A DNA stretch of 59,659 bases from positions 1 to 59,659 of the forward strand of contig JBFLGF010000175.1 in the NCBI GenBank assembly GCA_050230475.1, read 5' to 3'. The notes below the pieces were generated by a model that saw only the letters and a program-made list of their open reading frames with translations, had not been told where the DNA came from and ran no database searches. The position numbers and the translations under genes are program-made. The stretch is from Ancylonema sp. Lineage: Eukaryota. Below are positions 39,482 through 52,480 of this stretch, in pieces. Positions within the stretch are counted from its first letter, which is position 1. Each line of letters opens with the position of its first letter.

Positions 39482-40060
39482 TGTATACTATTGAAAAACG
39501 ACGGGAACCCCATCTCATTACAAGAACGTGCCTGTAAAGAAACTACATATCCTAAAAAACGACAAATATGTGAGCCGATCGTACTAGACAAAACTAGTAA
39601 CAGTATGCAACTCTGCGGAAGAAAGTGGAACGCGCGGTGGTGGGGGAGTTACCAAGGCCATGGATTGCTCTAAACGTAGGATTGTAGCATGTATCGCATG
39701 TGCTAGCGACCGTTGCAATGCAATCAACACTCTCTGAAGGAACCATGTGCACAACAAGCTAATGGAGGGCCCTGATCCTGCGCACTCTCTAGACGCTAAC
39801 GTTGCACACTCGACCAAAAATCGACCAATCACACAATGCACCGTATGTCTCAAGAACAAAGGGCACCAATTTCGGCCCAGCTGCGCGATCCCGATAACGG
39901 GTTTCCTTCCTTCGCTCCGCATCTGTGACAACGACAAGATCATGTTTAGCGGCGCGCTCCCCCAACTCACGACGGGTAGGGTCTGCAACAACAATGTTGA
40001 CCAAAGTGTGCCCCACCGCAGCATCCGAAATCACAATATCTACACGCCCTCCGCGCCCAC
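39482..40060 (-). mobile_element. 5'-truncated CRE-like RLE non-LTR retrotransposon (endonuclease C-terminus plus 3' UTR)
   Basis: ISDAAVGHTLVNIVVADPT...AERRKETRY...LVPFVLETYG...FLQRVLIALQRSLAHAI...; homologous to 21560-21760. The 3' UTR is shared with 41340-41635 and 52248-52480. Confidence 0.8.
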
Positions 40061-40375
40061 CAAGAGCCGATGTAAATGTAGTAGTAGTTTTTTAAGAGTG
40101 GGTTACTCCTCACCTGAAATAACTCCTAATTAGGGCGCACACGATACGACTGTGTATCGGATGTTTTTTGCGCCTTATCGCGTTTCCATTACGGCCCGTA
40201 CGCATGACGCTTCGTTTGCTCCAGCTCGATGGACCGGTGCTCCTTCGAACCTCTCAACCACAACAATCATATGTTTGCAGCAATCTAAGAGGTGACCCTC
40301 GAGATAGATGAATATGATCATTGAGTGGATAAACTTGAATACCATATACACCTACATATTCATCTATCCTCGCGG

Positions 40376-40690
40376 TGTTACGGCGCTTAAGGGGAAGAGC
40401 GACATAGCTTTAACAGCAAATACATTCACACTAATGCTAAAGGAAGATGGAGAAAAGCACTAAAATGAAAGTAAGTACATGAGTTGATAGGAGCAATTGT
40501 AAAGTCTGCTCCTATCGAGTATATAACTCAAACTAAGAAGTGAACTAGAATGAACACTAAATGGGAGAACTATAATAGATATAAGCACACTCACTAGAAG
40601 CACAACTGTAGTCTAGTCTAGAAGCACACTAGTGCGGGTTAGGCACACTTACTAGAGAAGCACTAGTGACTATAGGGAATGGTCCTAACA
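40376..40690. mobile_element. Solo LTR (315 bp) with a 5-bp TSD
   Basis: Begins TGTTA, ends TAACA, and is flanked on both sides by CGCGG (40371-40375 and 40691-40695). Confidence 0.85.
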
Positions 40691-41244
40691 CGCGGGGACA
40701 CAATCTTTCCAAACAACACATTTTATAATGTGCACAATTTGTGCTGAGGAGTTGTCTACAAGATTTGATCTCAAGTCATAAAACGCAATGCATGTTCTCT
40801 TTGTGCGTTGAAAAACGCGTTGATGGCAACAACATTCGGTATTTCGTATGACACACCAAAACATGGCTTTGCAAAAAACTAACCACGAGCTTCGGCATCG
40901 ATAACGTTTTTCGTGTCTTAGAATATTATATTAAGTGTGCGCGCATCAAGGTTCGCCAATCGCAACACACTAGAGTCGATACATGCATGTTTTGTGTATC
41001 AGTTCTCGAGGGGCACCCCAATCTTCATGCATATTTATCGTCATGTCATACCGCCATCACCACCGCTGACGTGTGCACGTGGGTTCGCACTCAAAAGAAG
41101 TTCGAAGTTGCTCAGTTCGACACCACAGTCTTCGGCCTGCGCGCACTGAGTGTATGCGGACGAGAGTACGTACTCAGAAGTCTTTTTAAAGAAGTAAACA
41201 CAACTAAAAAAAGGAAACCCGTTAACAAATATGACGTTTTTAGG

Positions 41245-41400
41245 ATGTAGTTTCTTTACAAGCACGTTCTTGTAATGAGATGGGCTTCCTGTCGTTTTTC
41301 AATAATATACAATTCTCTTTTTAATATGAGAATTGTATATTATTGGAAAACGACGGGAAGCCCATCTCATTACAAGAACGTGCTTGCAAAGAAACTACAT
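41245..41400. repeat. Near-perfect hairpin (73-bp arms, 10-nt loop) formed by two tail-to-tail CRE-like 3' ends
   Basis: 41245-41317 is the reverse complement of 41328-41400 with three mismatches by my count. Confidence 0.9.
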
Positions 41401-41635
41401 TACACATTACTCTAAAAACGACAAATATGTGAGCCGATCGTACTAGACAAAACTAGCAAGAATATGCAACTCCGTAGAAGAAAGTGGAACACGCAGAGGT
41501 GGGGGAGGTAACAAGGCCATGGATTGCTCTAGACGTAGGGTTCTAGTATGTATCGCATGTGCTAGCGACCGTTGCAATGCAATCGACACTCTCTGACGGA
41601 ACCATGTGCACAACAAGCTAATGGAGGGCCCTGAT
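41340..41635 (-). mobile_element. Short 3' fragment of the CRE-like element
   Basis: Aligns with 39490-39775. Confidence 0.8.
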
Positions 41636-42029
41636 GGTTGGTGGTATTAAGTGTGTATCAAGAAATGGTCGATGCAAAATATTATTTGAGCATAAAAACA
41701 AGTGGACATCAAGCTCGAGCCAGACGCAACGTTCAGAACCGCAACAATGGAAGTCTATGTGAGATCTTAATGGAGGTTGCCGCAGTATACACTAAAAAGT
41801 GTAGTAAACACAACTAAAAAAGAGTCACACCAACCACACCAACAGCTGTAGGTTGGATTCTAGTGCGAGGGTTAGTTGTTGCTACCGTGCATTATTTGGT
41901 CGGTACCATCCTCCTCCCCTGTGATTCGACACTATGAATGTGTGCGATGAACTAACGTAAAATGTACAATGTGTGCGATCTGTTCTACTAACCACCTCAT
42001 CGATGTCAATGAACCCCCCCTTCCCACTC

Positions 42030-44260
42030 TCAAAGTCTCTTCAAACTTCTCTTATGTTTTTCGACCACCTTTTGCCTCCCAGCAGATGCAGCCGCCACAG
42101 TCTCCCCTTTGCATTTTTTTGCGCTTGGTACGAGAGGAACAGTGCCTCCCCCATCTCCTCCCTGACCCTGGACCTTGGCTGTGTCCCGCGGGGCTTCCTG
42201 TGCAGCAGCAGCCTCTGTGGCAGCGTTCCCGTCGTCCCTGCCATTGGTCGCCAGCAGAGTCGTCGCCTTCTTCACTGCGTGGATGCTGGTCATCAGTCTG
42301 CGCCGGGCACACAGGGCAGATGCGACCTCAGATACACACCCTACCCAATCTTTACTTTCGTTTTCAGGTGATGGTGACTCTACAGAGGGACAGCTGGTGC
42401 CTCCACAAGGGTCGGTTGTCATTACACTACAGAATAGAGAATAGTACACCTTGATATAGTCAACAATCAGCCGCAACGGCCTCCAGATCGGGAAAATATA
42501 TGACACTCCCAGGCTCATTCCAGTCCACTCTTCTATCGTGCATGTTGTATGTTGTGTGGGGGCCGGCCACCAATTCAGCGATTCAGATCCATGGGTGGAT
42601 GCATACTAAATCGAGGAAGAAGTGAGTTCCAGTGCCTCAAATGAATCTTTGGGGTGGTGGGGTGAGAGTTTTGTGTGTGGCTCACACGGTGCGATCACTA
42701 CGAGCATCGCCCATCGCTTCCTCAACAAGTGTGTCCAAACATTGCCCAATCTACACACAATCAAAGCCTTCGAAATGATACTCTGGCTACTGTTTTTCTT
42801 GCTTAAAGCATCATCTTTTCCCGGTTTCCTTTATTCAAATTATCATGGGATGGGGGGGCAATTGGAGAGATGAGTTTTTGGCCAAGATGGCTTACTTGGC
42901 GTGGCGGCTGTAGGCCTCGTAGTCTTCCATCAGCAGCTTGCCAGCATCCTCGTTCAACGCTGATTCTGGGAAGGGCTCGATCAGAAGGCAGCGGACAACC
43001 TGAACACCATCCCCCAACGCGATCGGGGTGAGTCTCACCCAGATGCCAACGCTGATGATGCCAGCCACTGGTTGCGCACTGCAAAGCGAGGTGACTGCTG
43101 GTGGATGGCAATCAAATACGCTGACTCCGCAAAGATGCGGAGGGCGCACAGGGCAACCCCATCGAATACACTTACTTTCTGGAAGCCAACAGATACCTAC
43201 GAGTATGTTGAAAACAAGATGTCGGAAGCATTAGAGCTGAGCAGCATATGCATATCTCGAAATTTTATGTCGAGAGGTGACACATACCACTAGCACATGA
43301 CGGACCCCAAGAGATGGCTTCCAATCCTTTTTCAGAGTATTGACACAGATTTCACCATTCTTCGCAATATTCGGATGGAAGATCTTTGTGACAAAAAACC
43401 CTGCGATCAAAGATCACAACCTCGTCATAAGTGAGGGTCCGGCTCGCTGAGGTCATTGCAGTAGCAATCGTAGCAGCACGCAGGGGGGGTAAGTCACCTT
43501 TCGGGGGAACCTGAGGAAATTCGGCCCCCAGCACCAACTTCATTCGGAAAACGCCGCCATGATAAGGCGTCCCAGCTACCCCAACCATGAGCAGCACGAA
43601 TCAGATTCCTGAAGGCTCCTCCTTGCGACAGCTCATATGTTTCGTTCCTCGATACAATTGCAAAAGGCTCTTAACTTACTACATGACTACTCAGTTGTTG
43701 AAACCCTGAGGTCGGTGGAGGGGGCAGGACATATATGACGCAAAGCATAATGCGTGCGTACCACATATTAATAAATTGAGCAGCAATGAATGTATGAGGT
43801 TTAAGAGGCCCTGAACGAGTAACGAACGAACCAGATGATAGACTTACTCGGCCCATCTATCTCTGCTTGAATACTGGCGATGTTGTCATCGCTAACGATG
43901 ATCCGAATTCCTTCTGGTGGAGTCTCTGTCAAACTCTTCAACTCCTTCACAACGTCTCGAAACACCTTGGGTGGTAAATTTTCATTCGCACATGCCTGTG
44001 TTCAACCCACAGGAGTGGCACATCAGCATTGTGATAACCTAATTTCGCTGTCAGAGATTATGAGTCATCTGACGAAGGAGCTAAAAACCATGGTTGGGGC
44101 TACTGTCACAAAGCATCACGCACAGAGACAGAGCGATAGATATTGAACGCTTCACAACACGACACCTGCCCTTGTTTGACTTCTTTTTTTCTTAACACGT
44201 GCAGCGGGTGATACATGCAATGAGCAAGTGACGAGGACAGCGAAAGAAACACACCATCAT
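42030..44260 (-). CDS. UBC22: Ubiquitin-conjugating enzyme E2 S (UBE2S/UBC22 type, APC/C K11-chain E2)
   Basis: [20 protein letters not shown]...[13 protein letters not shown]...[22 protein letters not shown]...[21 protein letters not shown]...KHKRSLKRL*. Catalytic Cys and the diagnostic C-terminal LKRL tail are present. The micro first exon ATGATG at 44255-44260 is inferred. Confidence 0.93.
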
Positions 44261-46250
44261 CGAATTCACTTCAGGTGTCAGGGAAGATGTCAGCAAATTG
44301 GCAAGATGCGCGGCGTTACTGCCGTCCTCTCGGAAACGGAGAGCATGTTTTTGTGGTCGTTGCACTGCGGGTGAAACTCTTGGTTTTCAACTGAGTTTTC
44401 ATCGTCTCTTTCGCATGTTTCATGGTGGTCGTTCGCACATCAGTTCTCGGGATTATTTTTAACAGAGGAAGACATATTTATTGATGCTATTTTCAGTTAT
44501 TATCCATTACAGGCACACAGTCGGTGAAATGTGCCTGCAAAATAGGAAATTTAATTTTCCCGAACTATTGAGTCGTCTATTTTCATTTTCATAACCAATG
44601 TACAAATTTTAATTTTAATTTTAATTTTTAATTTTTTCCTTACGCTTCATCGCTCCATTGCGTTTGTTACGAAGTCGAATCCAAAAATTGTTGTTGAAAA
44701 TAAGGATGTTGTATTGCTCTCTCCTTCCGTTTGAAGGCATTTCTTCACCATATCGTATACATTAGTGATGTTTTCTTTCAAATATAATATTTATCACACA
44801 CAATGTTGACGCAATAAGTAGTATATTACGTCACACTCATGCTACAGACATGACTTTCCCAAATTCGTGTGAGCGTGATATGGCGCTAGTAAACTCACTA
44901 TTACGATTCACAATTTGGAGGGGCATCTTTATTTCAAATTATTTGTTGCGAACTAAGTGTTTTGTGCTTGTAACGATGGTGTTTGTAACGAAATAAGACT
45001 TAATTACTATCTCGGAGAACATGATGTTGCCCTTGAGAGGACCATCATGGTGTATCATTTGGACATTTGGATGTGTAGACTCGGATTATCTCACCTCCTA
45101 GTTAACGATGGGAGTTGCGCCCTCCTCATGCCATGACGATGGGTGGGGATGGGACATAATATTCACGAATCTTATGATGGGTACTGGAGGGGTCACAATC
45201 CACGTGTCAAACATTGTGGATGTGTATTAAGCAAAAGATGGAAGAGCTTGTGTCAATCTGGGAAGGGGGAGGGGGTCATATTCATTTTGAAATCATGAAA
45301 TGTATGATATCGGGTGACGACGGATATCATTACATCAATTGAATACGCATATGTGCGCATTTGTAGCTAGCACCCTACACCACGCTTGAGTTAGCACGAA
45401 TGTGAGTTAGCACGAACATTTAGTCAACAGCACCAACGCATTTCACCAATTGATCATACACTACGTTGCTTTAGGAACACGCACCGCTTTAACACGCAAG
45501 ACGGATTTTGAAAGGAAACAGCGGCAAAATCCTTCTCATAGGTCCGCAAACATGTATAAACTGACACCCCTTATAACGAGAAAGTTCGTATTCGCCTCTT
45601 ACAAATATGGCATGGCCTTGGACGTTGCCACAAATCCATCTGGGCTATCACATCTCAAAGTTCAATGATTGGAAACATACACTCTTGTTGCAAGAAATAC
45701 CAACGTTAAATGGTATCAAATTGGAGGAAGTAAAGACGTGTCACCATGAATTGGAAATGCATAGATTGAGAGAATTAGAGACTTACAAGTATTTCTACTC
45801 TCCTTAACTAGTGAACATGGTTTGAACAGGTAATGCATGTATTGCTGTGGAGAGGGAAGCAGACACGCGTTCACATCGATATGTGGGTAGGAGAGGCACG
45901 GCATAAGACCATCTATGATGACATTTATTATTTGCACCCATACAGGTCCCCTCATCTGAAAAACACCAGATGTGACAAAGTAACACCGAGCAAACTCATA
46001 CCTACTTCCTACCCGGATCCCTTTCTATGAAAGTTTTGACAAACTTCAGCGAATTTTCGGTGCAATCGTAGCACTCACGCAGCATGGCTCATTCTGTGCC
46101 TTCACTTAATCCCCAAACCATTACAGTCCCATCCTACTTTCCTCATGCATCTCCCTTATGCTACCTCGATGAGCTCGACAATTCGCAACCCCCTCCTCAT
46201 CTCTGCTTGCTCCAATGATGGTGTGTGTTTCGGTGACATACCATCTCTTC

Positions 46251-46302
46251 TAGATAGATGATAGATGATAGATGATAGGTGATAGATGATAGATGATAGA
46301 TG
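46251..46302 (+). repeat. (GATAGAT)n array in the carA copy 1 3' UTR, not expanded in copy 2
   Basis: Direct reading and comparison with 54121-54131. Confidence 0.9.
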
Positions 46303-46374
46303 ATGGATGCTATCTTCAACAATTGCACTCATCCCTCATCTCTCTTCCCCCTTCCCCCCATCGCCTCCTGCACT

Positions 46375-49300
46375 CTACACCTTTGCCGCCTTGAATTTGG
46401 TCATCAACTCGATGAAGTCGTTGAACACTGCACAGGAGGTCAACATGCGTTCAGTACCACCCCCGCATCTCTTCCTCCCCCTCCTTCTCACCTGGATCCG
46501 AGTCGTGCGGTCCCGGGGAGGACTCGGGGTGGTACTGGATGCTCATCGCGTTCATCGCCGGGAAGCTCAGTCCCGCGCACGTCCCGTCATTGAGGTTGAT
46601 GTGCGTGATCTCCACCCCCTCCGGCAGGGTGGTGGGGTCCACGGCGTAGTTGTGGTTCTGCGCGCTGATCTCCACCCTCCCCGTGCTCACTTGCCTCACC
46701 GGGTGGTTCCCCCCGTGGTGCCCGAACTTCATTTTGAAGGTGGAGCCCCCCAGTGCCTGCGCCAGCAGCTGGTGCCCCATGCAGATGCCCAGCACCGGGG
46801 CCTTGCCCACCAGGGCCTTGATGCTCTCTACGGCGTACGGGATGGCGGAGGGGTCGCCTGGACCATTGCTGCGGGGATGGGAGGATGGGAGGATGGGAGG
46901 ATGGGGAGGATGGGGCAGGGCTGCATGTTTTACTGCGTCACGGTCTTCGGAACCATTCCCGTCCGACTCCACGTTCAAAAACACGGAAGGACATACTTCT
47001 TCCTATTCTGATGGGAAATTGAGTGGATCCTGCCCTCTGTTGGTTGGCACCTGAAGAGGATCCCGTCCGGGTTGAGCGCCAGCACATCCTCTGCCGGGTG
47101 GGTGGAGGGCACCACCGTGATCTTGCAGCCGTAGGAGGCGAGGCGGCGCAAAATGTTGTTCTTGCACCCGTAGTCATAGGCCACCACCTGGAGGGGGCGG
47201 AGGGGGGGGGGGGCTTCAGGAACCTGAACCTCATTGTGCCGCTGTGCCTATACCAAGGGGTGCCTACATTGAACTCCTCGGAGAGTCCGGCGGTGTTGAA
47301 CTTCCAGTTCTCGGCGGTACCGTCCGACCAAACGTACGGCTTCTCGCACGTCACTCCCGTGATCAGATCCTTGCCTGAACCGCCACCCGCACCCCTGGTG
47401 CCACCTGTCACTCTCATGCCGGCAGCATGCGGCATGCACCACCCGGTTCCGCCCCTCACCCACGATGTTGAACTCTTTGGCCATGCCCACCAGCTCCTCG
47501 TCGCTCTTGCTGCCGTCCGTGGTCAGGACACCTGGCAGGAGAAAACAACAGGAGCCCGGTCAACTCCATGTCCTCACTGCAACCCCTACTGAGGCACGAA
47601 ACCCAGTCCTCCTCTCCCCTCCTCCCTGCTGCTCCCTCCCCCCACATGAGCGAAGCCTGGCTGCGATTGGACCCCCAGTGACTCACCGTTCAGACTGCCT
47701 ACTTCCCTCAGGCGCTTCGTGATGGCCCGGGTGTCCAGGTCAGCTGCACCCACACCACGGGAACACTCGCTTCTGCTCATGCTCCACTCAACATGCCTCT
47801 TTTCTCTCCGCTATTGATTTCTAGGGTTCAGCAACCACAGCGGACGTGCCCTGCCTCAGCATGGCATCTGGGTTTCTGTCCGGAGGTGTGGCTGTGAAGG
47901 GGGGTGGTTACCGATGCCCATCACGTTGCACTGCTTGAGGTAATCGGGGAGGGTCTGAGTGGAGCGCCAGTTGGAGACGCTGCAAAAGAATTTTTCAAGG
48001 AAGAAAAAAACTTTCAAAAATTGGAAATGAGGAGCTCCACTTCCGGTACCGAGTGGTGTGAATTCCACCATTCTTGATGGCTGGAAGAAAGCGTCAGTGT
48101 GGAATGCTGCCTTGCAATGATGATGACGCGCGACCAGTCACTCCGCGGTAGAGTGAACGAAGCGAAATATCCAAAACCTCGGAAGACGGAGGCCGTGGGA
48201 TGTGATTTGGGAGGTGGAGAGAACTGAAGCGGGGCCCACAGGCTTACCTCGGGCTGAGACTGCGGACGATAAGGCCGGACGTGAAGCACGTGCGGGACTC
48301 TTCATCGTCTGCAGGGGCAGGCGGGGAGAGGGTTCAGAGATAGCTCTGGGGTTTGATTCGGTGTAGGAGTGGCAAACCAGCAGATCGAAGAGCACGATAG
48401 CCATGGCCCTGAGCGAAATAAATTTGGTTCTATTCTTCATTTCATTGAGTGACGATTCACAAAGTCGTGCAGAGGTGTGAAGGCAGGCAGGCAGGTCGTG
48501 GAGGGCGGGTAGCGGGTTTAGCAAGGTGTAGAAGATGGTTGTTGTCTTACCCGAGTTCACTCCTGTGTTGCCGATGTGAGGGGTCGTCATGAGGACAAAC
48601 TGGCCAGCATAACTTGGATCTGTTAAAATCTCCTGGTACCTGGGCGCAGCAGGGTCAAAAGGCGTTAGAGAGAGGATGGATGGTACCACACGGCACTGTC
48701 CTGGTGCGCCCTCGATTCATTCAGATTATGAAGATGAAGTTCAAGCGTGGAATGCCAAGGGAAAATCAAATTGTGTGTGCCAATACGGTGAGGTTGCAGC
48801 GTTGGGCTGCGTTCATACCCAGTGAGAGAGGTGTTGAACACCACTTCGCCCGTCTGTGTGCCCCTGGCGCCGAACGATTTGCCCTTCCACACTGACCCAT
48901 CCTCCAGCACCAATCGGCAGTCGGACAACTTCCAGGGGCGCTCGACGGCTGACAAACACGCAGCACAGCAGGTCCGAATTCTCGTCAATGCGCCATCCGC
49001 GCGAGGATGGAAAGCGTTCGAGATAACATCATCTACATGGACCTATGGACCTTTGGACCTATGAACCTATGGACCTATGGACCTATAGACAACATATGAA
49101 TAAGCGAGCGCAATGACACAAACAGCGGAAATGCAAAGGTGACCCATCTCGATAGAGATCTAGATGCGCGAGGAGTCGATAGGCGAGCAGGAGAAGTTCA
49201 CAAAGCCTGAATGCGAGAAGGGTGTTACTGTCTCTCTTGACTACGGCATCATATATGGTACTGGACTACTGGACTTACTCGCAGTGGAAGTTGCTTGGCA

Positions 49301-49549
49301 GGTGACTGTAGCCCGGCACGCGGATGTGGAAGTAGTAGAGAAGCTATTGAGGCGGAGAAGTTGGGCAGCAGACTTGCCGAAAAGGGCGGAAGCAGAGGAG
49401 GATGCGGAGTGTCGAAGGGCTGAGGTGTGGCGAAGAGCTGATGAATGCGACGGGATTGCGACAGACCGCAGGAATGCAGTATCGTCAGCTGGGGTTATCC
49501 GACTGACTACGGATCCGGCAACGGAGCTATGCGAGGCTAGGGCAGCCAT
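46375..49549 (-). CDS. carA: Carbamoyl-phosphate synthase small subunit, plastid-targeted, copy 1
   Basis: Ser/Ala-rich transit peptide, [59 protein letters not shown], catalytic [24 protein letters not shown] and QYHPE. GT-AG introns in frame; stop at 46375. Confidence 0.95.
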
Positions 49550-50202
49550 AGCTTGACTGCTGCACACACCAATTGTTATGTTTCTGTTTTCGAGGAAACG
49601 TAAACCTCAACTGGAACTGCGCCAAATGAACGGCAAGAATACGCAAGGCGGAATCTTTGTCCTCGGAAATAAGCTGGGAAGTTGGCACACACTACTGCTT
49701 CCAGCACTGGAGAGACTACGATCTAGTTCGACGGATCTGGCGGCAGGGACGAGTCTGAACGGTGTTTAGTGACAGCACTCCAAAATACTTCTCCGCCAAG
49801 GCACGACAATTACTCCAAATACAAGGGAACACGAATAGATGCTCCCCCCTTCCATCCATATGTTGCATACATGCGGCGCTTCTTCCCACACGCATCATCG
49901 ACACTCCATTGGCTGCAAATAATTTTCGTGCGGCGCCGTCTCTGCATTTGGCAGTAGATCCCCACGTGTCGCCTCCTCTGTGGTAAGATCCACAGTAGGA
50001 GCCAAGACCTCGACAAACGGCATAGAGGTGCTCCCGTGCTCTGTATGGCCAATGAAAAGGCGTCGAATTGCCATGTAGCTATCCATATGGGACTTCATAT
50101 ACCAACTGCGGACGTGTGAAAAAGCCCGCTTGGCTCGATCCCTCAAAATAAGCGGCGCCGTTTCTTTTCTGACTGAGTTCTGGACGACGACACATACCAG
50201 TG

Positions 50203-50298
50203 TCGCATGAGTCCCCAGTCTAATTTCCCTGAAGACTGCTGCTGTCTCCAGTCCGGGGGCGCGCAGTCTTGGACTGGGGACTGGGGCCCATGATGCTG
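50203..50298. mobile_element. Internally deleted copy of the hAT-like MITE at the paralogous position upstream of carA copy 1
   Basis: Retains both termini (TCGCATGAGTCCCCAG ... GACTGGGGCCCATG) but lacks about 290 bp of the interior of 58185-58570. Confidence 0.75.
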
Positions 50299-50539
50299 CA
50301 CGACCGGCTTGTCTTCTGCTACACCGTTGCAATGTTCAGAATCGCTATTTACAAGCGAGTGTTAACGTGTTAGGGACAAAAATGACACACCACTACAGGT
50401 ATGGGAATGAACGGAAGACAATAAAGTAAGAGCAAGGAAAGCACAATCCGATAGAATATGTAAGTCGCGCAACAATGCAACTCCACTCAACCCAACTTCC
50501 CAAAAAAAATATGACCTACCCTATATGATCGTTGCTACA

Positions 50540-51100
50540 TATGTCGTGCTACCTCTCACACGTGTAAGTCCGTTCACTGTAACGAACTATTATCGCTATA
50601 GCAACTCACACGTGCGATATTATATAGATCACGTCCGCATTCTACACATGCGATGACCAATTGAGTGTGAACCACGCCAATGGCAACCGCCATTACCTAG
50701 ACTAGCACTCATGGCATGCTGCTCCACAATACCATGTGCCAATTCCTTTTGACCGTGGAAAGGCTAGGCAATGCTGGGCCTAGACGTAATGTTTTCGAAT
50801 CGTAAGGAATGTTCAGAAGTGCGGGGATCACAATCGTTATCGAAGGTCCAGTCCATCGGTTATGCGCATTCCGAAAATGAGTGCAAAATGCCAGCCACAT
50901 TGAAGCAATGCGGGTGGAAGCTTGATTATCTCCGAGGCACACTCTGTACCGATGACGTTAGAGTGACAATTTTACATAAGGTATAGCCTTCAGCCGTAAC
51001 TAGGATCTAAGATCGTCGCAGCGCCGACTTGCCGTCTACTGTGCCAACATCTTTCTTCCTAGCCAAGTATATCGTAATGGCGTACAACTACCGTACAACT
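50540..51100 (+). repeat. Decayed copy of the unidentified dispersed repeat family
   Basis: AAGGCTAGGCAATGCTGGGCCTAGACGTAATG and TTCCTAGCCAAGTAT match the other copies. Extent uncertain. Confidence 0.6.
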
Positions 51101-52247
51101 AAGCAACCGTCCACCGCTGCTTAGTGCCAAGTGCGAGCGCGTGCTTCCTCAAGCACCACCGAGTGGCACTGACGAGTCTTCCCTGCGAGTGTTGTTAGAC
51201 GACTTTTCTCCAACAACGAATGACACGCTATATCGCGACATGATATGCACTTTTCTAGGCGCATCTAACCGTGTGCGCGTCAAACTGCCATATAGGCATA
51301 CGAGCGTATATGGTCCGACACATATAACAAATCCCTATCTAAAGGTGATGCATTGATAGCTGGATATTGTCGATGACCACACGAAGACACTCCATCGATA
51401 AATTGAACATGTATATCGGGTCATACTGCATCAACATACCATATCATGAAATTTTGTCCGTCCACACATGGTCGTGTGCATATATGGTATTTGCGCCGCT
51501 GGTTGCAATCGAGAACTGGTGCAGGCGGTAGTGTGGCGCAAGTTGTTTCGCAACACAGCGGGTTCGCTAATATTTGAAGGGATTGCATGAATCCCGACGG
51601 ATTCGTAGGCAGCGGTGCATGATGTCGCACACGCACGCATCTGTCAGTTATGTACAGTACGGGCAATGTACGGTCATGATTGCGTGAGGTAGCAATGTGG
51701 AGCTGCGTTTTTTAGAGTGTGCCCCGATGGCGATTAACGTTATCATTGCATATAATGGGCATTGCTATCGTGTTGTCTGCATCCTAACTAGCGCATGCAT
51801 TATTTATATGATAGCCATTCTTACGAACTACCAATCGAGTGATTTGTCGATCGGTAGAGCCTGCGATAGAGTTTAGAGCATCCGCACACGTTACAATTGC
51901 GAACATGCACGTCCAGAACTCAAGCAATACCTTACCTTGGGTACATTTCCCTTTGAAACGATCTTGAATCCAAACTAATTGCTCACGAGTGGAACCTCGA
52001 CCTGCCGCTATAAGCGCTTGACTTTTTTCCACCCCCACCGTTGGGGATTAGGAGCATCTTGGCATCGAGACGCCATCGCATACGGAAATGTAGAGGCACG
52101 CATCAGAAAACCTATTGCACTTGATGGCTGATCTGAAGCAAAGTCCCCACAAGGCGGCGACACGTTGGATAGGGAGAATCCATAGCCTTGGTTTGCTAGG
52201 CTAGCCAGCCACAATTGGTTGGCATCGAGGAAGAATTGTATAATGTA

Positions 52248-52480
52248 GAAAAACGACGGGAAGCTCATCTCATTACAAGAACGGGCTTGCAAAGAAACTA
52301 CATATCCTTAAAAACGACAAATATGTGAGCCGATCGCACTAGACAAAACTAGCAACAATATATATCTGCGAAGAAGGAAGTGGAACGCGCGGCGGTGGGG
52401 GGGGTAACAAGGCCATGGATTGCTCTAGACGCAGGCTTCTAGCATCTATCGCATGTGCTAGCGACCATTGCAATGCAATC
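52248..52480 (-). mobile_element. Short 3' fragment of the CRE-like element
   Basis: IALQWSLAHAIDARSLRLEQSMALLPPPPPRVPL plus the same 3' UTR as 39490-39720. Confidence 0.8.

Noticed and set aside
46307..47011. Long + strand ORFs over carA (also 54145-54948)
   Set aside because: Antisense shadows of the carA exons.
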